From contig MCFE01000130.1 of NCBI GenBank assembly GCA_002104905.1, positions 1 through 64,000 on the forward strand: DNA of 64,000 nucleotides, written 5' to 3'. This DNA is from Basidiobolus meristosporus CBS 931.73 (Eukaryota > Fungi > Basidiobolomycota). Below are positions 52,000 to 64,000 of this stretch, piece after piece (position 1 is the stretch's first letter; each line of letters begins with the position of its first letter). The notes under the pieces were generated by a model, which was given only the letters and a program-made list of their open reading frames with translations, had not been told where the DNA came from and searched no databases. The translations under genes were made by a program, and so were the position numbers.

Positions 52000-52289
52000 G
52001 AAAAAGCCAGCAGAATACCATCATAATATCAGCTGAATTCCAAGTTTCTTTGAACTTACAACTCTCAATACCTCAGGTACTTGCTATTTGGCAAACCGTA
52101 GACATGTTTTGCAGGAGGAGACTAGGCCAACTAGCATTCATACCAAATTTGGTAATCAGCTACTCACTACTTCCACCAAAAATTGCAATTAAAAGTCTGA
52201 AAGAAAAACACCAGCTGAATGCCAGCAAAGTACCATTATAAACCCAGCGGATTATCAGATGAGTTCCAAGTTTGAGATTTTTTGTAGGA
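52000..52289 (-). repeat. Long-repeat family R, copy 4 (inverted relative to copy 3)
   Basis: GCCAGCAGAATACCATCATAATATCAGC and GGCCAACTAGCATTCATACCAAATTTGGTAATCAGC are shared with 34611-34884; ends GTTCCAAGTTTGAGATTTTTTGTAGG. Confidence 0.8.
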
Positions 52290-55200
52290 TATTTTGGTGC
52301 CATCCATGAGTGAAGCTACATTTTAATATCCAACATCAAGGACAGACTCTCATCTATTTGGTGTACTCTTACTTTTAATGATAACATTTATGTTAAGTTG
52401 CTTGTATTAGCAATAATACCTAGTATTACGTGCGTTACACCAGGATATCCAATAGGTCTTAGATACTTGGGTTACTGCTTATATAATGCATACTTCAGTG
52501 CTTCTAAAGGCTGTTGAATGACTTTTAGTCAAGTACTAGGCAAAGGGAGAGACTGGCTACCCGCTGTTTCCTAATTCTCACGCAAAATTTGGCACTGCAT
52601 TTTGCTGTACAAGAACCTCGTTTGGCAAACATCTACATCATTATCCTTCTGCCATAATTGTGTAAATTCATCAACCATATCATGCAAAATGAGTAACCAT
52701 AGTAAAGATATACGAATAATTAGGTGTATTACTAAGTATTTGTAACAAGTTATCATACCGATTTTATTCAGAATACAAATTCGCACTTTGTTCAAGTAAT
52801 GGTTACGACCTTGAGTCGGATAAATCGCTATTTGTAAAAAGGGTTGACACATTGATCATACTCCGATAAACCCTTAAACATGTCGTACGAAACCACGGAT
52901 AATACATCAGACAATGCGGCAAACTTAAACAGGCACTGAGAGTAGGCATAGCAAACTCTTCGATTATCTTCATAGAATACTAACCAGGCAGTTTTGTACG
53001 CTAGAACGGCATGTTCTAAACCGGCGGGTTGACTTCAGACGCGTATATACATTGCCAGGCCAAAAGTCTGTCGGATTTTAAGTACAAAACTTCGAAAAAA
53101 GCAAGTATTTTCTAAGACAGAATGTTGAAAGTATCAGATGGCTCCATGTTGGCCGTGAGTTACTACATCGTCAGCCAATAATTGATACCAAGTATATTCT
53201 CAAACCGTGATTTCTTATTTGCAGCTCCAGAACCGGATGAAACAGCTTAGAAGTCGGGGAGCGGGGTACCAGAACCAGTATTGTGATGATTCTATCCTAC
53301 CAGATCTGATCTCCGGCCTTCACGGAAGATCACATCTACATTCCCTGGCCATTATCACTTTCCCGTCTGTCAGCACTGGCAGCTCGTAATGGTACAATAG
53401 TGGAATGACCAGGTCTCAATACGAAACATTATCGATGGTTACCTACGAAGCTAATATAGATCATTCGGATCAAGGAGTCACCCTCCCCCCACAAAAACCC
53501 ATAGCAGGGATGCTATGAGGGATCCTGAAAGGATGATTAGACTTGTCTCCATATAGCAAGCAGTTCTAAATTACCATGGTTCAACGGGTGCTATCGACTA
53601 GTAGAATCCAGTATGATGTATGAAATTGAGAAGCGGCTAAGCAAGGCCTATACTGCCTACGTCGCATCCCCAAACAGTGCTCAATGCTACGCTTAAGGTT
53701 ACTGTAGGTTAGGTGTTCGGAGTCTTGCGGTTGAGTACCCCAACGATGTAGGCAAGAGCAACGGAAATAGTAGGCAAATCGCAATACAAAGCAGTCATCG
53801 AGAACCAATAAAACATTGGCTTCATCTCACCTGACTCAGGGAAGAGGTTAAGGCCTGGTGGATGAGAAGAATTTGGAGAATCGAAGGCCATTGCTTCTGA
53901 ATATGCATCACGATGACCAAAAAAGAAACTAGCTCATAGCCCATGCCATCGTCAGCATACGGTCCATAATATCTGAGGCAGGCGAACATATATTACAGGT
54001 TTCAATTGAGTTTCCTGGCCACACAACGAATAACAAGCGTCATCCTACGAATAATATTGGTGCTATCTACGATGGACTAGTATAGAATTCACCATACAAA
54101 TACCGTGACATCAAATCATACATTATCCAAGGTGACCAGGCGGCGGATATATCGCCTTAATATGCCACAGAAGCTGAATGTAATTTCCTATTCTATCCCG
54201 AAGTTATTGCATTCCTACATCAATAATGAGACCGCATATTGATACGGAGTGGATCGTGTCAGTAGCGCAACAGTTGGTGCGGGTGAATCAATAGAAATCC
54301 AGAAATAGAACACTTTGAGTTGCGTACTTGTTATGGTAATCCAAACCACCTTGTACGCAGCTGAACATCAACCATACATCGCACCGACTCCATAGTGTCA
54401 CGTCAGGTTAAACAAGGAGAAATTGAATTGTCAAATTGTGACTTTGGTACCAGCTGACCTGCTTATTTGATGGTTGCCGACGTACGAGGCTGACTGCCTT
54501 CCGGAATTCCATACATGGGCATCATTGATTATCAAAGATCTGGAACAGCGGCATCTTACCTTTTTTACTGGAGCACATTCATTTGGGGAGTTTGGATCGA
54601 TCTATTCCTTCATTACGGATGTAATACAATACTTGACCCCAGAATCAGTAGCGCAAATGTGAGTCAGATTTCGGTTTTGCGTCGGGAAACCCTGAGGAGT
54701 AAGCCAGAATAAGTTGTGGGAAACCCAAGATGTGCTACCGCCCACGGATCATCCTTGAACCACATGTTGCTTATGCTTCCACCAAAATGGACTTCATCCA
54801 GTCTACATGCTGCGCGATTAACATTCATTGGGTTTATGGGTGTAAAACGTGGTGTGATCCGTGCAGGTAATCCTATTTCACCAGGTGTGCCGGGCAACGA
54901 ACCAAGCCGTAGCAGTCTCCTCTCCAAGACGCAGATAGGACTCGGAAAACACACGCTAGCTACACGCCCTGAATTGACGGAGAGTTGTTTTTACCAAGAC
55001 CTCTTCTGCATTGTGTCGTCCTGGGACATCATGATGGCCAGGGTATTCAGGTACTCATCCAGTTGATAATCCAACGATCCCCGAGTTCATAAACAAGGCT
55101 GCAGCTTATCCTACCTTCGGATTTCGTTACATCATTCAATGTTCCTGATGCAGACTATTGGATATTACAGCTGGGATATATTTGGTATAGTGTAGTAGGA

Positions 55201-57036
55201 TAATCGAATCCTGATTTATCCTGCATTAAATGAGAAGCTGTCAAATGGTGATGGTGATCTTTGCGATTAATTCACCAGGCGTGTCTATTTGGTATTTGAG
55301 TGCCATAGGTCACTTGTAAGTACCTCTGATTAGCTATTTAGGACACAAGGCCACCCCGAGAGCCTATTTTTAACACGATGTATCAGTGTAGAGTACGGTC
55401 ACCATTGCGGATGCGATGGGATCCAGAGCTCTACTGGCTTGTCCTTAACCATTAGATACCCCACCTTTGGCGAATAGCGCGCGTTTTTGATGGTATCTGC
55501 TTAACCCACCATGATGCACTAGAGTCTTGGAGTAATAGGCTCTTGGCCCGATGCTAACCAATGGCCATTGGTCGAGCCCAACTAAGAATCCTCTAGCAAG
55601 AAAGTATCAACAACCACTCAGGAGCAGCCCGGCCTGCCCGCTTGACATTTCTAACTCTTTCCAAGGTCACTGATCGAAGCTACGCCTCCGCCAACGTAGA
55701 GTATGTTTGCTTTATGGTGTTTGAAACTATCTAGTTTAGCGATATCACATGAGGCGATATAATTGAATAAGGCCCAATCAAGAATGCAATTCGATGAGCA
55801 TTCCAAATCAGGTTGCTGATTATCAATCTTAGATTCGAAACCAACCCGGTTTGTCGAAGAGATTAACCAGTTTACATAAGGAAATGAGTAAATAAAGCGG
55901 CGGTAGTCATTGTACTCGCTCTCCTCTGAGGAGTTACGCCAGCTTGGCTACATTGCCAAGCAGTAATACTGCTTATAATACATAATATGCCATATACACA
56001 ACATAGCCACTGTTTCATCCGACCTTTAGATCCAGGATTAACTTTTGGGAAAGGTATATCATGCCACTAAGTGTTCTACGAAGTCCTCGAGTATTGGTCT
56101 ATTGAATGAGATCATTGTATTGATCATGGAAGTACACAAAATATTAGTGGTATCCCTTGTGAAATGCTTCAATTTGTTTGTATTGTACCCACTTCGGAAC
56201 AGAGACGTCCTGTAGCCATAGCTGTTCGGATCCTCCAGCTGCCAGCTCGTTGGTTAATCGCCGGTGGGGATAGTGCGATGGAGCTTTGGAGACGGTCGGT
56301 GAAGTTGCCGCTCTCAGAAGCTGAGAAGTGGAGGGGCTGAATGAAAGCTGGCATTTAAAATGTATGGAATCCGTGAGCTAACCTTATGGATTTGGGGGCA
56401 GGAATGCACAGCGTGGAATCCCGTTTGTAGTAGTAATGGACCTGCATATGACTCTTGCTTGTAGTCCAGACTCGCGCTGGACGCAGATACCGGAGCCAGG
56501 GGAATTCCATTACTCAAGCTCCTTGAGTCGCAGATTGCCGATATTCGGAAAGTGTGTTACCTAGAATGTGGACATTACCCGTACTTTTGAGCCCGGCTGC
56601 TAGATCCCTATACTACATCGAATGTATTAATTTGTATCAAGCGCAATGGCTTACAGGAAATCCCCTCGAGTTTCCATTCTAAAATAAGAAACATCTTCGA
56701 GTCATTATATGGAGTTAGGCTTAAATCAGGCATTATCGAATATTATTTACTGGCATGTACTGTGATATGAATAGCATAGTTTCACCAAGCCAGTTTACCA
56801 ACTGGCTATGTTAAACCTTCCATGAAAGAATTCATCACTGCACAGTGCCTCAATCATTGGTCAGTATTCTACATCAATTCGAAAACCGGTGGGCGGTGCG
56901 TTTGGCCATGGAGACATGGCCTCAGTTCCTATATAAGCCTCGCATCCCTCTTTTGTTGTCAGCTAGTCATCACAATCGCAACGTCTCGACTATTCAAATC
57001 GCTTTCAGCACGGCGTGACACTTCTCTTATTCCAAC

Positions 57037-58032
57037 ATGTACTCTGATTGCTCCTGGTTCTCTTCATTTACAGACCACATGAACTCTTTTGACAATAAAT
57101 CTGGGAAACTCATTAGTGTTGAAAATCGGATTTTTCCGGAGTTATGGTCTGAATCTCCACCCTCATCACCCTCATCATCTTCCAATGGAGAGACTCAACC
57201 AAGGAATTTCCACCAACTCCCCGAACTGTCAGTTGACAGCCCAAGGCCTAAGCTGACTCCTCTGTACCTGTTCCCGGCCTCTAGTTTGGCCTCCGAGTTG
57301 ATCCCTTCGCGTTCCAACTCCAGATCAACGCTTGTTTCTGCCAACAACAGCACAACCTTCGTACAAGAAAGCCGCGACGAGACAAACTCATCAAAGTATT
57401 CCGACTTTGACATATCAGCAATGGAGATACTTCCTGCCTGCCTAGTTGGCGACTTGGGGGTATCTTGGAGCAGCGCGAGTGAGGGGCAAGTGCCCTGTCC
57501 TTTGCAACGGCGATGCAATAAGGGATCTACTTCATCGACTGAAGCCTGGGGAGAGGCCAAGTCTCCTGAGTTCCTCAACATGCAAGAGCACATAGATGGC
57601 ACACTACTCCTTACTTGCTCTTATTCCCCGTCACTGAGTGCTGAGCAAACGAACTCCACCTCTATCACGGAGATTAAGACTGCGCAAGATAGTAAGAGCC
57701 TCTCGTCGCTGAAGTGCCCATACGTCGGGTGTAAAAAACTATTTACCAGCACACATTCGCTACGCATCCATCTGCGACTACACGACCCTGAAAGACCCTA
57801 CCACTGCGACCAATGCGGAAAATACTTCGACAGAATCCACGATTTACAGCGACACTCCCTGACGCACCTACCAGTCAAAGGGTTTCCATGCCCTTCATGC
57901 GGCCGCGGATTTAGCCGTTCGGACGCAGTGAAGAGACATGCCCGAAAGTGCTCAGGTAAAGCCAGAGCCGAGAAACCAAAGGGGAAAAAGGCCAAGCTGG
58001 ATTCGTCGTTCCCCGCGAATGTGGCCGTCTAG
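57037..58032 (+). CDS. C2H2 zinc-finger transcription factor (3 fingers), single exon
   Basis: CPYVGCKKLFTSTHSLRIHLRLH, RPYHCDQCGKYFDRIHDLQRHSLTH and CPSCGRGFSRSDAVKRHARKC after a Ser-rich region. Start may be 57037 or 57079. Confidence 0.9.
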   Translation: MYSDCSWFSSFTDHMNSFDNKSGKLISVENRIFPELWSESPPSSPSSSSNGETQPRNFHQLPELSVDSPRPKLTPLYLFPASSLASELIPSRSNSRSTLVSANNSTTFVQESRDETNSSKYSDFDISAMEILPACLVGDLGVSWSSASEGQVPCPLQRRCNKGSTSSTEAWGEAKSPEFLNMQEHIDGTLLLTCSYSPSLSAEQTNSTSITEIKTAQDSKSLSSLKCPYVGCKKLFTSTHSLRIHLRLHDPERPYHCDQCGKYFDRIHDLQRHSLTHLPVKGFPCPSCGRGFSRSDAVKRHARKCSGKARAEKPKGKKAKLDSSFPANVAV

Positions 58033-61000
58033 GCAACGCATTATACTTTGAGCTAGCATTCCTCCCCCTTGATGTCCGTGAGATTTTGATTATTTCCCTG
58101 TGGGAACTGCCGTGGTTTACATGAACCGTACTTCCCGTTCACTGGCATCAAATCATTCTGTAATAATTCATTGTATAGAGATTCATTGATTGACACTACG
58201 TTATTTCCTATCTTTAGTCGACTCATAATAAATATAGCGTTTACATCAGTTTATGGCCACGCCTCTTTTTGAACTTCGAGTGCCAGCGAAATGATGGTTG
58301 TAATCAAGTGCAGCAGCATGAATCAACCATTTCACAACCGTTACTGGATCTGTTCCGAAACCTGGAGTGAACACCAACCCATTGCCACTCCCAGATGCCA
58401 TTGACTGATTATCGAGAGTAAACTCGCTCAACCTGGTTTTTGAGGTTAGTTCGGGTCTCACCTTTCACGATCAAGATTATCAAACCCCCGTTATGTGGTT
58501 GTTTCATCAGTTCCAACTAATTCTGGCCTCCACTTTCATTGCCTTCTCAGTTAATAATTCTTGTTGCTCAATGAATCACACAGTTGATGACAAAGAGCGG
58601 GTTCCCATGACCCAGTCCAACATGGTTAGCCACCCCGCTGCCTCTATCTTATCATGATCTATATCTAATGGTAGTATCAGGTACTTGGATGAAACGGCTC
58701 AAACTAGCTTATCCTGGTCCACTTGCATTACTACCAAGTTTGCCACATGGTTCGCCTGATGGAAGCTTATTAGTTGAGAAATTCAATAGATGAAACATCA
58801 TTCGATATGCAAGTAAACTTATAGGCTGTCCATTAACGAAGCTGCTTCACCACTTCAAATAGCTGTGCTTACTCTCAGAATAGCTATACCTCAATCGGTA
58901 ATCGCCGCGCACTAGGAATGTGTTTTCATAGAGTACTAAGAGACCCAGACTAGTGCCGCATGCCCTATTTACTTGGCAATGCGAAGACGGCTACGCCAAC
59001 TAAATCGCTGAGGTGCGTTATGCGAGCAAGATTTTGCGGCACCTTCGATATCATTGTGACATCCTCCTTCATAAGGCTTAATAGTGACCCCAAGAATGAT
59101 TACCACATACACTAAATAGCTATACTGTTCCAGCAATCCTGTGGGAGTGGATCGTAATCTGTTATCAAGCTTTCATCAGTAGCGGCATCTTTTCCTTATC
59201 GGAATAATTACACACAGAAAAGGATTGCCAGAGTGTGCATTACCTAGTGGAATTTGTGGTTTTGTATTCCGGGTGTAGTACAGGGTACACAGCCTTTGTA
59301 ATGTCCTATTGCGTAGCTTTGCCTTTGCTCGGTAGATGCCCAAGATGCTAAACATGGTGTCTTTGAAATTGGTGACCCATAGATGAGTCAAGGATGTTAC
59401 AGCTACAAAATTCCTTGCCTGTTCTCCCATGGTCAGGAAATGCATCGATTGGAGCTGCTCTATGGTGCGATGGTGCACCGACATGTGACTTGAGCGCAAG
59501 ATGTATAACAAATCAGCCCATACTACAGCCTAATGGAGTGTGCAATCTATTGCGGCTGATACACTTGCCAACAACATGTCGGGGCGTATATGAGGCCTTG
59601 TCTTGCTACCTTAAGCACCACATCCCATTTCGCCTCACCTCACTAGGGACATATCAATTAGGATCCGCTTCGCACATCAGGTCGCACGAAATATGTATTG
59701 ATGACTTCAAGCACCATTCGCTTATGTTTGGATAAACAACAAAATTTCCCTATTGGCGGATAGATTTCCCGAATTTGGGTTAATCCCAGAATAAACTCCA
59801 CTGCAGACATGATCTTCCCTCATCTACAAAATCCTCCAACAAAGTCGGATCTTACCGTTTGATCATGCATTCTATTCATATCTCGTGTATGGCACCAAAC
59901 GAGCACTTGATTCTATACGCGAACAGATTATTGGGCATGTTTCTGACGAGGAAATATTTTGGAGGTAGGAAGGCGGTGAAATGCGTTGAGGTTTTGGTTG
60001 ACAAAACCCTCCAAGTTTCCATTCCCTTGTTGAGCCACTACACGCTAACATGAAGGATGCCAATTATCGATTGTAACCTACTGTTTGCGACTGGAGCTCG
60101 AACATTCTCTGTAATGGGAATACAATATATAGCTGCCGCATACCAAAAAACCGTTTCGATACTGCTCCAGGCCCTATGGATGAGTGTTTGCAATATATCT
60201 TTTCGCCTGGTGATAGGTGAATGATTGCCTTATGGTAAGTTGAAGTGTGATACATCCCTCCATCCCAGGGTAAGCCTAGCAGTTGGTACTTCGCCATATC
60301 ATTATGAGAGTTGAATGCAACTGAAAATCATTTACACCATAACCGATGTACTCTTAGAACAGTCAAGCACCCCAACATCTCGTTCCTAGTAAACGTTATT
60401 GCAGTATATTCTGACTCTTCATTTGTGGTGCTAAACATGTGCCGAAAAGATGGCCTGGGGCTTTGTGAGCAAACAACTGATAAATTATTGGATTGACATT
60501 GAAAATGAACTAATAAATGCTCCATAGCCTTCAATTCCGACGGTTAAAGAGTGGTTTTTGGCGCCAGGTACACTTTCAGATAATTTGTTGTACCCTAATT
60601 ATTATAGCCTCACTTTAAGCTTCATACATCAAGAATCACTTGAAACACAGTCTCGTGCTCCCATTGTCATTTGATTGAATGTTCCCTACCTTCACTATGC
60701 GATAAGGGTAATACTTTGTCCTTTTAGTTCTTAATTGGTATATTGCATAGAGCACAATTTATTATTATTGCAACCAATTATTTATCCAAGGTACCAAACC
60801 GTATTCTAAAGTTTCAATCTTCTTCAAACGACTGTAACACTTGACGCAGAGTTTTGTAAAATCTTCCATAATATAAATTCAACTCACTTTCTGGATCACA
60901 AATTACCTTACAACAAATAGCTAGAGCCTAAGATGTTGATAGTTGTAAGCCCAGAGAAACATGGAATTCTGCTGATATTATGATGGTCAAATGCTTTAAT

Positions 61001-61117
61001 ATGGGACACATAAAGTTTTCTGCAAGTTTTGGGCCTTTTGAGTGTGTTGGAGAATTCTGATTACTTTCAACATTCCTTTTATCTTGAGATATAAACATAT
61101 AATCTGTACCTAGTTTA

Positions 61118-61433
61118 TGTTGTAGAATTCGTAATTCTACCCAGATATTCACCCAACTTGGTCACCTAGATCCTTGTCTAAGAGAGTTCTGACCAATTCC
61201 TTGTCCGGATTTAATTACAATATTTTCATCAAAACATCAGGTACCCTGAACATGAAATATCAATAAGCTGCCCAAACAATGTTTTTGAGACCTTCCTAAG
61301 CATATTCCACTTGTTTGCTTTACCAAAACCATGTAAAAGTATTAATACTTCCTATAAATAAATCATCTAGTGAAAGCCACATAATATAATTGTTCTCCCA
61401 ATCACTTCCAATATCTTCACAGATCTTACAATA
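61118..61433 (+). mobile_element. Older solo LTR, family 1
   Basis: TGTTGTAG...TACAATA; family-1 motifs with deletions; no TSD recoverable. Confidence 0.8.
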
Positions 61434-62637
61434 ATCTAGTTATAGTTCTGAGATTTCTTTTTTTGTATTATATGAATAGCTTGGTGCTCAGCTTAGCAGT
61501 CTCAACAGTCCCAAAACTAGCACACAGATACTAGGAACTAACATTGAAGCAAGCCTTATGTAATATGCATAATTGCACATATATAGCAAGAGTCGGTTCT
61601 AATTAGAGATCAATAACCTCAATGTGTTCTTTTTCTTCTTAATCTTTTCTAAGTTACAAGTTAAACTTGCTATATCTTCAGGTTTTTTGCTTAAGCTGTA
61701 AGCCTTATTAATAGGTTCAATAAAAGCATGTTCATTCATTTAATTGGAAATCAATAATGCTACTCTATAAAAGCTCAAAAAAGTTCTGCTACTGAGATTC
61801 CTACCAAAAAGTTGGGATATGTCATGGACAATATAGGTAAAAATCAGCTGATGAGATATTTTTAGGCACTATGGAATTGTAGTGAACCTGGATATGAATA
61901 ATGAATTCAGTCATGCACAAGTAGCTCTAAGCATTTTACTCAGTCTCATTCTGCTTTCAATTGCACCTGGGGATAAAGTACTTACTAAAGCTTATATACA
62001 TTGCTGTCATACTTTCTAAAATAATGTAATTGTGGGTTTATACTTGGAGCATTGTATTTGAACTCATGTATATTGTAGCATATTTGTATCAATCTAGTAT
62101 TAGAGCCCCCAGAGTGGTCTTTCCAAGTGCATTTTTACTTGGGTAAAATGCAAAGTACTGAAATGAATGACCTGAAGTGGTTCAAAAATTAGTTTACTCA
62201 AGCAATCTATAGTCTTGATGAAATCTTCCTCAAATTTATGGAAGTACTATGATATATAAATACTGAAAAAGATTGAGCAATGCGCATAATATCTTGGGCT
62301 TATCTGCTTGCTATGTACTTACTAGGAATATCCCAAAATACTGGAAAACTCTAGACTCCAAACTCCAAACAGTGACTTAGTGCAAGTCAGCCATCCCCTT
62401 GCAAATAAAGCAAGCCTAGTCAGATGATTTGCAACAGTCCACAATACATTCTATCTGTAATATTTATACAGTATAGTAGTAAAGCTGCTGCACAGATAGA
62501 AAATCTATCGAATTTTTCAGATTAGTGCAAATATTGTAAGTGTCCTTTTCAGCTGATTTCAAACAGATTGAAGTGACATCAAGTCAAGAAGTGCAGTGCA
62601 ATACAAATCAATTAAATTATAGAGCCCACTGTAATGA

Positions 62638-62940
62638 CTCTATGAAAATCTCATACTTCGAATTCATCTGACCATCTGCCGGTATTCTAATGGTATTTTG
62701 CTGGCATTTAGCTGATGTTTTACCTTACAATTTTTAATTGTAAATATTTGCGGAAGTAGTGAGTAGCATATTACCAAGTTTAGTATGAGTGCTAGTTAGC
62801 CTAGTCTCATCCCAGAAAAACGTCTGCTTGTCTGCCAAATTTAAAGTACCTGAGATATTGAGAGTTGCAAGTTTAGACAAACTTGGAATTCAGCTGATAC
62901 TATGATGGTATTCTGGTGGCCTTTAGTAATTTTTTTTTCT
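62638..62940 (+). repeat. Long-repeat family R, copy 5
   Basis: CTCTATGAAAATCTCATACTTCG...TTTTGCTGGCATTTAGCTG...GGAATTCAGCTGATACTATGATGGTATTCTG matches copy 3. Confidence 0.8.
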
Positions 62941-63881
62941 TGGGGAACTGTTTGGCATCATTGCATTGGATTCTAATTAAACTAATGAAATGCCATTTAT
63001 TCATTTGCGCTGTTGACCAGGGGTAAACACCGATGACTACTGTTTTTTTCGGGGCTCTAAAAAGTTATAATCGTACATTAGTCTATTTTTTATGTGGTGA
63101 AAGACAGCGTCTTTCGGATCGTCAATTTGTTGCATGTGAGGTCTAATGCTGGCCTATATCCATATATAAATGTAAGATTGACATCTAATTGGTCACGAAA
63201 CAAAGTGCCTCCAGTGTCATCAAGCTAACTAGCATCATTTGGAAGTGTACTTACTATCGTGTTAGCAGTCACAATCTAATTTCTTTCACTCAAACTGCAA
63301 GTCAACATGGCAGTCCAATACAAATTGGATTAGTCGAAAGTATTGGCTCAGGGAAAGTCTGAATATTTGTCATGCGGGTGACTCTGATTATATTAATCAT
63401 AGGGAGACGTTGTATTAAATGGCTTGAGGCACACGCAAAATATGGATTCTTTTACAGAAACTTAGAAACTTGAAGAGGGGGTGGTGATTGGAATATGCGG
63501 TCTGTATTCTGCGGTTACTTGTCTGGTGCTACCACAGCAGGTGTAACAACAATCCAGGAAGGAACTAGACATTCAATTGAGCGACATTAACTCTTGCGGC
63601 TAAGGTTGTTGAGAATGCTGATGAGACTATAAGCCATTACTTCTGGTGAATACATGTCATCATTGAATGAACTCCAGGAGCCAATCATCACTGGCTATTA
63701 TTATGACCGTATATGGCCCTCCCTTGTTCCCCTCCACAGCGTTCACTCGCTAGCATATTCCGAGCGATTGGACTTTGATAACTCTTATACGTGACTCTCA
63801 TTTGGTCTATACTCAGCAACTTCTCCGCTTACTGAATAGTCTCCATAACTACCGCAGATTACTTGAGCCAAACGATCCTGC

Positions 63882-63985
63882 ATGGACACCAACCTAATTA
63901 GAACGGTAAATAAACTTCAGGATGCTTTTGCAACTGTGGGTGTGAGCAATCCAGTGGACTTGCCGCAAATAGTAGTGATTGGAAG
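63882..63985 (+). CDS. VPS1: Dynamin-related GTPase Vps1-like, first exon (gene runs off the window)
   Basis: MDTNLIRTVNKLQDAFATVGVSNPVDLPQIVVIG(S), then a GT donor; the N-terminus resembles Vps1 more than Dnm1. Confidence 0.85.
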
Positions 63986-64000
63986 GTATCTACCACTCTA

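Noticed and set aside
55556-55569. 14-bp palindrome CCAATGGCCATTGG
   Set aside because: A single short palindrome is plausible by chance in 64 kb; no associated structure.
58900-60540. Cluster of 60-110 aa ORFs on both strands
   Set aside because: No consistent frame, strand or domain.
1-64000. tRNA, rRNA, snRNA and CRISPR arrays
   Set aside because: No cloverleaf/T-loop context, rRNA signatures, snRNA consensus or regularly spaced repeats seen by eye; Infernal/tRNAscan-SE would be decisive.

Overview
Eukaryotic, intron-rich fungal DNA. An early-diverging lineage (Zoopagomycota/Mucoromycota-like) is inferred from protein similarity and gene structure but not proven. There are 13 recognisable host genes: NMNAT, RCHY1/Pirh2-like, NUP133, PMT2-family, intronless GLT1, 6PGD, an HNH/YisB-like protein, RPL38, MIM2, a fidgetin-like AAA ATPase, NF-YC, PEX19 and a C2H2 transcription factor. 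The first exon of a VPS1-like dynamin lies at the right edge. Three CpG-depleted transposon islands interrupt the genes (~22.8-35.2 kb, ~49.8-52.4 kb, ~60.6-63.0 kb). The largest island holds a two-LTR, decayed Ty1/copia element inserted in reverse into the RT of a same-family copy, plus several solo LTRs with readable 5-bp TSDs and a MITE. The strongest second-look signals are: near-perfect identity tracts with shared inactivating lesions between the inverted copia copies; a ~300-bp repeat occurring as inverted pairs around two islands; repeated insertion of the copia family into pre-existing TE DNA; and CpG loss confined to repeats. I found no tRNA, rRNA or CRISPR, and no clearly new gene system that I can support. 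Exon boundaries were read by eye, so gene spans are first-to-last codon estimates.
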